Shown: in pieces, positions 57,430-64,000 of the stretch | Position numbering within the stretch: the stretch's first letter is position 1 | Layout: the number at the start of each line of letters is the position of its first letter | Sequence record: PZ379075.1 | Source of the DNA: a phage | Direction: 5' to 3' (one strand) | Length of the DNA: 64,000 bases | Made by a program: the position numbers and the translations under genes | Notes under the pieces: generated by a model | Told to the model about the DNA's origin: nothing | Seen by the model: the letters and a program-made list of their open reading frames with translations, nothing else | The model's database searches: none

Positions 57430-60424
57430 ACTCTATCGTTAACCCATTGATAGCAGCATTACTGTTAACATCATTATCTATAACATTATAGAAAAGGTAT
57501 GGATGGTTCAGTCTCACTGAGACATGCCTGTCAACACCAATCGTATAAGTCTTAGACGTGTGTGGGTGTCCATATTCATTTGAGAATTGACTACCTCCAG
57601 CTTCAAAGGTATAAGTACCTGAGCCAGTTGTCTGAGGACGGAATCTGTTAATATGCTTCTGATTCCACTCATTCGTCACATTATCAAAATCTATACCAGT
57701 CCTCTCCAATCTCATCTCCAGAGGTTTCTCTATAACAGTATCATTTAGCCTGTCATAGAAATAATCAAGAGCCCCTACATCCACTTGATAGAATCCCCTC
57801 AAGAACGAGCCTACTATCGTAACCCTCTGCCTAAAGTTTGTTGCATCCTTTCTCCAAACAAGTTCTTTGATAGATGGGTCATCCCAAGTGATCTCTTGGA
57901 AGTCAGACCAGATTGGACCTCTCTCTAAAACAGGAGGGTCAACCAGACCGATACACTGAGCATAAGGGATAGTACGGAAAGACCAAGTATCAAACTCATA
58001 ATTCCATACAGCAGCTTTAGTACAAGCGAAGCTTTCTTTCGGCTCTCCCGGACCTACATAGAGAACCCAAACTTCTTTCTTATCCTGATGCAAGTGTACT
58101 CGAGTTGCTAGAGGGTTAACCAGACACACCTCGTTAATCAGCATGTTCTTGACACGGTTAGATGCAATTGACTTCTTGGTTGCACCATTGTGTAAGATTA
58201 CATCGTTCTGAGTAACTACGAAGTGACTGCCTTCTACTTCAACCACACACTCAGGAGCAAGGATACCAGAGTCGTTAAAGAGCTTCTTGAACATTAGAGG
58301 TTGGTACGTGTTATTAGTCGGAGAACCAATATACGTTTCAAACTCTGTATAAACAAACAAGTAATCTTTAAGAGGTAGGATATCAATCAAGCTGCCGTTA
58401 GAGTCAGCTAAATCAATGTAACCAGCATATCCGTTCTCTAGAGCCTGAGTCTGCCCTACAATGTTAGAAGCCAAGTCCGAAGACACAACTCTATCATAGG
58501 CAAAGTCATCCCACAGTGTAGGAGCTTTGTTCTCGTTGGCAAAGTTAGACCAACGAAGACGAAGTGGATAGTTAGTGGTAACACCAGAAGCATTAGCCTC
58601 TCTCATATTCAGAGCAAAAAGACGGTTGTTAAAAGATCTCACTCTTTCACATTTCCAGTTAAACTTCTTGACTGAAGGGTTTCCATCATTATCAACAACT
58701 GTTTGCTCACCCCATCCCGGAAGGTCTACAAAGTATTCTGATTCGAATTCTTTTACCTGAGGAGTTTCATAGTGAGTTGTAGCAACTGCACAGTTAGAGA
58801 TAACAGCGTGATACCAAGGGTAGTCATCAAAAGCATCGTAATCCTTCTGAGTCATTTGGCTGACAGTACATGTTACAGTAATCTCCCCTTTACGAAGAGC
58901 AACCAGTTTGATAGATTTACCAGTAACTGAAGTTGTAGAAACATAACCAGTCTTATCAACAGACCACTGATAAGAATAATCACCTTCTGGGGAAGCTGTA
59001 GCTGTAATAACTATTTCCTCACCAACATCAAGAGAAGCGCTGACAACATCTAAGGTTACGGATGACAAAGGAGTTGCGAACAAAGAAGCTCTTGCAAAAC
59101 CCTCAATATCATTTACGTTAGAATAGTCGTAAAAGCTGTTACCTTCGTACATACCAGATGTGTCAATACCAGACATAGGCTCAGCAAAATAAACCGTCTC
59201 TTCACTTTCAGAAGGAGTTACTACTTCTTCCTCTTGTGATTCAATTGGTTCTGATGCAGGTGCAGCAAATGCCATAGCACTTGTTCTCATCGCCCTTCCA
59301 GCTAAATCTACTCGTACAGTACAGACAGCAACCCTATTACCTTCTTCAGTGGTAGCTGTAATCTCAGTAAACCCAGCGAGTAGAGCGTTGACCGTCCCTT
59401 GTGTACTGGTCCCTGATACTGTTGCAATATTTGGATTAGAAGAGGTCCAAGTAATGTTTTGATTAGGGGCGTTAGCGGGAGAAAGGGTAGCAGTTAAGAT
59501 GTATTGAGAACCTCTACTAACTATCACATCTGACTGACTTAAAGTGATACTGTCAATCTGAGGAATGGAAACAACCTCACAAGAAGCAGTCTTCGTTCCA
59601 TTATCAGCAGTGATTGTTACATTGCCCTCACCATTAGCAGTAATAACAGCAGTTAGGGAATTAGCGTTAGGGGTTACGGATACAATAGAAGCATTATTGC
59701 TGGACCAAGTTACAGGGGTTTTACCAGTAACAGCTGTAAGAGTGGTAGTCCCTCCTTTACGGATAGTAACAGCATCTTGACTCAAGAAGATGCCTGAATC
59801 GCCATCTATAATGTTAACAGCAATCTGAGCCACTACAGAATCATCAGCAGTAGATATGGTTACTACAAGATTACCCTCTCTCTCAAAAGATGTTAGAGTA
59901 GCAAGTTTAGAATCACTAGGGTCTACTGTAACACTCCCATAGGTTGAATTACTAACCTCCCAAACAAGATCGGTATTGTTAGCATCAGCAGGAAGAAGAG
60001 AAACTTCTAGATTCTTAGTCTGATTGAAGTTCATTGAGATAGTTGATTCTTTAGGAACGATTTGAGAAACGACTGGATAAATCTTAATTGAGGCAGAAGC
60101 CTTTTTAGTGACTGTAGCAACCTTACGGCTAATATCAGTCAAGCTTTCATCTGTCAGTTTATATAACTTCTTATCTGTACCTACAATAAGAAAGCTATTA
60201 CCTGCGCTATAATAATCGAAAGGCATAGAAACGAAAGACAGAGGGGTTAAATCCTTATCTTCATCTACATAAGAAAGAGGGGCATTGCCCCCCGTCTTAA
60301 ATACTCTCTGCTCAACAAATCGAGCATTTATAGCATTAGTGAAAGCATTAGGAGCTAAGTCTGTCGGAGCCTGATCAGCGATAACGCCTACAGCACCTAA
60401 CGACTTTATTGGATACAGCGCCAT
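57407..60424 (-). CDS. large virion protein with bacterial Ig-like (Big_2-type) domains (1005 aa)
   Basis: Several about 80-aa beta-rich repeats (e.g. TVSGTSTQGTVNALLAGFTEITATTEEGNRVAVCTVRV) typical of Ig-like domains. Confidence 0.5.
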   Translation of the reverse strand: MALYPIKSLGAVGVIADQAPTDLAPNAFTNAINARFVEQRVFKTGGNAPLSYVDEDKDLTPLSFVSMPFDYYSAGNSFLIVGTDKKLYKLTDESLTDISRKVATVTKKASASIKIYPVVSQIVPKESTISMNFNQTKNLEVSLLPADANNTDLVWEVSNSTYGSVTVDPSDSKLATLTSFEREGNLVVTISTADDSVVAQIAVNIIDGDSGIFLSQDAVTIRKGGTTTLTAVTGKTPVTWSSNNASIVSVTPNANSLTAVITANGEGNVTITADNGTKTASCEVVSIPQIDSITLSQSDVIVSRGSQYILTATLSPANAPNQNITWTSSNPNIATVSGTSTQGTVNALLAGFTEITATTEEGNRVAVCTVRVDLAGRAMRTSAMAFAAPASEPIESQEEEVVTPSESEETVYFAEPMSGIDTSGMYEGNSFYDYSNVNDIEGFARASLFATPLSSVTLDVVSASLDVGEEIVITATASPEGDYSYQWSVDKTGYVSTTSVTGKSIKLVALRKGEITVTCTVSQMTQKDYDAFDDYPWYHAVISNCAVATTHYETPQVKEFESEYFVDLPGWGEQTVVDNDGNPSVKKFNWKCERVRSFNNRLFALNMREANASGVTTNYPLRLRWSNFANENKAPTLWDDFAYDRVVSSDLASNIVGQTQALENGYAGYIDLADSNGSLIDILPLKDYLFVYTEFETYIGSPTNNTYQPLMFKKLFNDSGILAPECVVEVEGSHFVVTQNDVILHNGATKKSIASNRVKNMLINEVCLVNPLATRVHLHQDKKEVWVLYVGPGEPKESFACTKAAVWNYEFDTWSFRTIPYAQCIGLVDPPVLERGPIWSDFQEITWDDPSIKELVWRKDATNFRQRVTIVGSFLRGFYQVDVGALDYFYDRLNDTVIEKPLEMRLERTGIDFDNVTNEWNQKHINRFRPQTTGSGTYTFEAGGSQFSNEYGHPHTSKTYTIGVDRHVSVRLNHPYLFYNVIDNDVNSNAAINGLTIEFAVGGRR

Positions 60425-60433
60425 AATTCCTCC

Positions 60434-61237
60434 TTAGCTAATACGTCTCCAAATGTGAGCCGCTCTGAATGGTGGCAAAGTATTAATAGGTTGACGAGAG
60501 ATATCATCACGACCAAGACTTACACTACCAGAGATTGTATGAGTGTGAGTATCATTATCAGTTCTCTGACTATATCCACCACCCGGACTATACCAGTTTG
60601 GCGAGCTGTTATGACCACTAGCATCTCCACGACCAAATACCATATTGTGACTGTGAGTATTACTGGATAGAGAGAAGCTGGAGCCATTAACTGTCATCAA
60701 AGGTACGTTCTCAGTTCGAATAGTATTGAAGACACGACCACCAGTACCACCTGCTTGGAACTCAACTCTCTGAGCATTAGGAACAGAGCCATCGGGGTTT
60801 ACTACACCAGTACCCATAATGACACCAGTCACTTTAGCCCAAGAACCAAATCCTAAGGAGATAGAATCACCGGGGTTAATGTCTTCTTCAGTGATATAGT
60901 AAGAACCAATTCGATAGAGCTTATTCTCCATCCAGTTCTTCATGAACGCTTCCATCTGACCTTTAGTAACAACATCCTTGTCACCAGTCCCCGGAGTGAC
61001 GTTCTTAATCATTAGACCACCAACATCCATTGCATCGCCAGTAAACTTAAGCTTCTCTGACATAATCTTAAAGGTGTCAGAATCTATATCAACTGGCTCT
61101 GTAACATTGGGGAATGTGTTCTGTAGTGTTTGTTTAATGAGGCGGATTTGAGCCGCCCCTTCGTAGATGTAATCTCTATCTCTAGGATAGAGTGGGTTTA
61201 AATCGGTAATAACTACCGCATTAGTTTCGATAGCCAA
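60434..61237 (-). CDS. virion/tail protein (267 aa)
   Basis: ORF in structural block. Confidence 0.5.
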   Translation of the reverse strand: MAIETNAVVITDLNPLYPRDRDYIYEGAAQIRLIKQTLQNTFPNVTEPVDIDSDTFKIMSEKLKFTGDAMDVGGLMIKNVTPGTGDKDVVTKGQMEAFMKNWMENKLYRIGSYYITEEDINPGDSISLGFGSWAKVTGVIMGTGVVNPDGSVPNAQRVEFQAGGTGGRVFNTIRTENVPLMTVNGSSFSLSSNTHSHNMVFGRGDASGHNSSPNWYSPGGGYSQRTDNDTHTHTISGSVSLGRDDISRQPINTLPPFRAAHIWRRIS

Positions 61238-61249
61238 ACGGCACCTCCA

Positions 61250-61741
61250 TTAATATTTACCTTCGGTATAAAGATTAGCTTCTGCAACTCTTCTGTTATG
61301 AAGACCCTGACTTCTCTGCTTCTCTCCCTTGACCGTTATTTTATCCCAACGAAGAAATTCGGAATAAACATCCCCCTTAACATCTCCATTGATTACTTTC
61401 CTTAACTTAGATGTGCTCAAAGCACCACTGCCAACGTTGAAGTTGAAAGAAGTGAGTGCATCAAACTCATGAACTAGCAAAGGAACCTTTATGTTCTTCT
61501 GAGTAGCACGAACAGAGTCTTGTGTGTCTCTATCTAGCAGAGCTAGACAATCCTCTATAGAATACGTTAATCCTTGTCTAACCGGATAACCATTCATATC
61601 ACGCGTAGCCCCTACACATATAGTCCAGATACCTGCGGAATCTTTATAAGCCTTGGTTCTCATACCCTCATGCTTCATGATGAATTCCATTCCAGCTGGG
61701 CTTAAGTTTAGTTGTACAGGTGGCAATGCGGCGTTATCCAT
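61250..61741 (-). CDS. endolysin, T4-lysozyme-like (GH24) muramidase
   Basis: HEGMRTKAYKDSAGIWTICVGAT matches GH24 catalytic Glu-Asp-Thr region. Confidence 0.7.
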   Translation of the reverse strand: MDNAALPPVQLNLSPAGMEFIMKHEGMRTKAYKDSAGIWTICVGATRDMNGYPVRQGLTYSIEDCLALLDRDTQDSVRATQKNIKVPLLVHEFDALTSFNFNVGSGALSTSKLRKVINGDVKGDVYSEFLRWDKITVKGEKQRSQGLHNRRVAEANLYTEGKY

Positions 61742-61770
61742 TTCTAACCTCCTTTTGTGGTCCCTTTAAA

Positions 61771-61989
61771 TTAAGGTAGTATCTTTCTCAGAGCGTTAGA
61801 TTCAGCATCAGGACAAATAACAACTAGATTATTTTGAATGGTTCGCTGCTTACATTGAGAACTAAGTTTCTCTACTGGAGCAGGTGCTGTAACTAATGGA
61901 TGAACTGCGCTTACAGGGATTGCAGTAGATACCACGACTCCTGCACCTAAACAAACTAAACCATATACAGCTTGTTTCATCATTTTCAT
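61771..61989 (-). CDS. small secreted protein (72 aa) adjacent to endolysin
   Basis: N-terminal signal-like hydrophobic segment; Pro-rich mature part with Cys residues. Confidence 0.45.
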   Translation of the reverse strand: MKMMKQAVYGLVCLGAGVVVSTAIPVSAVHPLVTAPAPVEKLSSQCKQRTIQNNLVVICPDAESNALRKILP

Positions 61990-62056
61990 TTGAGTGTCTC
62001 CTATAAATTAACCTCTTGGGATATATTAGTTTCATTACCTATTCACTAGTTTAACT

Positions 62057-62080
62057 TCTAAAAGCCCCCGAAGGGGCAAT
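62057..62080 (-). terminator. rho-independent terminator (minus strand) after tail fibre gene
   Basis: On minus strand GCCCC-TTCG-GGGGC followed by TTTT. Confidence 0.65.
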
Positions 62081-62083
62081 CCT

Positions 62084-63103
62084 TTACTTAGCAGCCAGTT
62101 GAGCTTCTAACTCTTCTACACGCTTCAGCAAATTCTGAACAACCTGCATAGTGTCAAGTAGCATAGGAGTTGTGTCTAACTCTTTCTGCTCTTTCATAGA
62201 ATCGCCGTTTCCAGTTCCGGGATACTTACGAGTCTTGACATACAGAGGTTCTACCGTCTCTGCCTGCTGTGCAATGATACCACGACGAGATCGATTCTTC
62301 TCATCATCGTTGTAAACAAAGGATTTGAACTTCAGTCCTTTTATTACTTCAATAGCTCTTTCTGCATCAATATCAACAATGTTATGTTTCAGGTTTTCAT
62401 CCGAGACGCCACTCTTTGTAGGACCACCAGAACCGCCACCACTGTTACGAAGCTGTCTCAAAGTAACTGCATCGTAATCTCCAACTGCATCAGGAACAGT
62501 TACAGGTTGAGAGAAAGTCACCTTCTGAGTAAGCTGTTTGATATCAGAGTTAATCCCTGTACGAGTAACCCCAACAGTACGTCCCTTAGAATCTTTGACA
62601 TAAGAACCAATTGCAGCGAAAGGCAAATCCTCAATCTCTGGACGATACCGTTTAGAATAAACTGGATACTTAGTTTCTACTCCAGAGTCGTTCTGGTCTA
62701 CTACTTGAAGACGACCAGCAGAGTGAATCTCTACCCCCTGAACGGAAGAAGCATAGCTACCAATCTTGATTGAGTTATCAGGAGTAACCTTCATCATATC
62801 CACAGACTCTACACCATTAGCCCCAGCAGAACGGAAAGGGATGTTATTATCTACAAAAGGGTCTGCTTTGAATAAAGCACCCTCCATGATAGGCTGTATT
62901 GAATCTAAAACATAATCCTTAGATGCACCTTCTGTTTTAGTCTGATATGTAGCAGCCGCATCGGTTTTCTGTAAATACTTATCAGTCAGGTTCACAGCTC
63001 CTGCCTGACCATCTACTGTAGAAACACCAACAACTGCCGCATCTCTAGTCACAACTACGTGAGGCATCATTATGCCAGATTTGGGCATTAATTCTCTAGA
63101 CAT
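62084..63103 (-). CDS. tail fibre/tailspike with C-terminal intramolecular chaperone (peptidase S74-type) domain
   Basis: C-terminal SDENLKHNIVDID...GIIAQQAETVEP and terminal coiled coil match endosialidase-chaperone domain. Confidence 0.75.
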   Translation of the reverse strand: MSRELMPKSGIMMPHVVVTRDAAVVGVSTVDGQAGAVNLTDKYLQKTDAAATYQTKTEGASKDYVLDSIQPIMEGALFKADPFVDNNIPFRSAGANGVESVDMMKVTPDNSIKIGSYASSVQGVEIHSAGRLQVVDQNDSGVETKYPVYSKRYRPEIEDLPFAAIGSYVKDSKGRTVGVTRTGINSDIKQLTQKVTFSQPVTVPDAVGDYDAVTLRQLRNSGGGSGGPTKSGVSDENLKHNIVDIDAERAIEVIKGLKFKSFVYNDDEKNRSRRGIIAQQAETVEPLYVKTRKYPGTGNGDSMKEQKELDTTPMLLDTMQVVQNLLKRVEELEAQLAAK

Positions 63104-63143
63104 TTATTTCTCCTTAAAGCTCCCCGAAGGGAGCGTATATTAT

Positions 63144-63977
63144 TTACTTAACTGGCATCTCTACACGAACTGAGATAAAAGCATCACTTGGAATATCAAT
63201 AGGATCTCCATCAGAAAAACCTTCTATCTCATTTCTAGCAAAAACTGGAGAGGTCGGGTGAGTTCTGTGATAGGTTTTAACTAAAATAGAACCATCCTCT
63301 TTAACCTTATAATCTAACCAAATTCTAGGCTGCTTGTTGCGGTCTACAGGGATTTCAAACCCACCATCCACCCCACCCCAACTAGCGTCTACGTTTAAAC
63401 CAAGGCAACCAGTAATCAAATATTCACCAATACCTTGCCGAATGACACTAACCCCCTCAGACTCATCATTCGTTTCATATCGACCGTCAGAGTAAACTTT
63501 AACTATCGGAGATGCCGCTTTGATGAATCCATTTACATCAACAGTGGTATTTTTGTCTGTGAGACACTGAACATATTTTGTTGTCCCATCTGCAACTTTT
63601 ATCGCGTAAATTACACGACCATACCCTGAGGCCGCACCACCAACCCCTGCGTATGACACAGCGTGAGCAATCCAGAAGTTAGTATCCTCTGGCTGCATAT
63701 ACCAATAGCAGTTAAACATGTCTACAGTAAACATGCCATTCCCGGCGACGTGCTGGACTCGAGCACCAGTACCACCTGTACCTGTATTTGCTGGAGTGTT
63801 GCTCAATGCTCCAATATTTCTCAGAGCACCATCAGCATCTGTTGCCCCGGTTCCCCCTCTTCCAACTGACAAAGCTACATCACCAGCTAATCCAGATATG
63901 GTACGGTAACACCCCCATCCGTTATTATCGACAAACATGTAAGTTTCTTTATTCGGAGAAAAGATTTTAGTCTCCAC
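63144..63977 (-). CDS. virion structural protein (277 aa)
   Basis: ORF in structural block; hairpin GCTCCC-TTCG-GGGAGC lies just downstream of it. Confidence 0.5.
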   Translation of the reverse strand: METKIFSPNKETYMFVDNNGWGCYRTISGLAGDVALSVGRGGTGATDADGALRNIGALSNTPANTGTGGTGARVQHVAGNGMFTVDMFNCYWYMQPEDTNFWIAHAVSYAGVGGAASGYGRVIYAIKVADGTTKYVQCLTDKNTTVDVNGFIKAASPIVKVYSDGRYETNDESEGVSVIRQGIGEYLITGCLGLNVDASWGGVDGGFEIPVDRNKQPRIWLDYKVKEDGSILVKTYHRTHPTSPVFARNEIEGFSDGDPIDIPSDAFISVRVEMPVK

Positions 63978-64000
63978 AGAACTTTGTTCTACTCTGTCTA

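Overview
The window reads as one contiguous piece of a lytic tailed dsDNA phage genome; no integrase, repressor module or host housekeeping genes were seen. About 46 kb of plus-strand early/middle genes converge on about 18 kb of minus-strand virion and lysis genes at a bidirectional terminator near 46.3 kb. All calls rest on reading the six-frame track and the DNA by eye, with no searches run. The gene content (ECF-like sigma factor, COOH-NH2 ligase/amidotransferase cassette, ThyX, one tRNA-Arg) suggests a phiEco32/kuravirus-like podovirus of enterobacteria; this is recollection, not verified. The most interesting system is a roughly 9 kb cassette at 16.0-25.4 kb that couples a class-II glutamine amidotransferase, two glutamine-synthetase-like amidoligases, an ATP-grasp ligase and a gamma-glutamyl cyclotransferase-like enzyme; I recall a computational description of such cassettes but no biochemical characterisation. 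Other notable items are a signal-peptide collagen-repeat protein with a YadA-like outer-membrane anchor, a standalone DarG-like macro domain and a SLOG-fold protein flanking the sigma factor, a Dps-like ferritin, a CCA-adding-enzyme-like nucleotidyltransferase, and a tandem array of about eleven to twelve paralogous 75-85 aa proteins. Three genes are broken at short homopolymers (A5, C5, G4), each restorable by adding one base, which looks more like sequencing undercalls than programmed frameshifts. Several repeated noncoding elements, twin sigma70-like promoters in a 2 kb ORF-poor region, and many hairpin/T-tract terminators are also listed.
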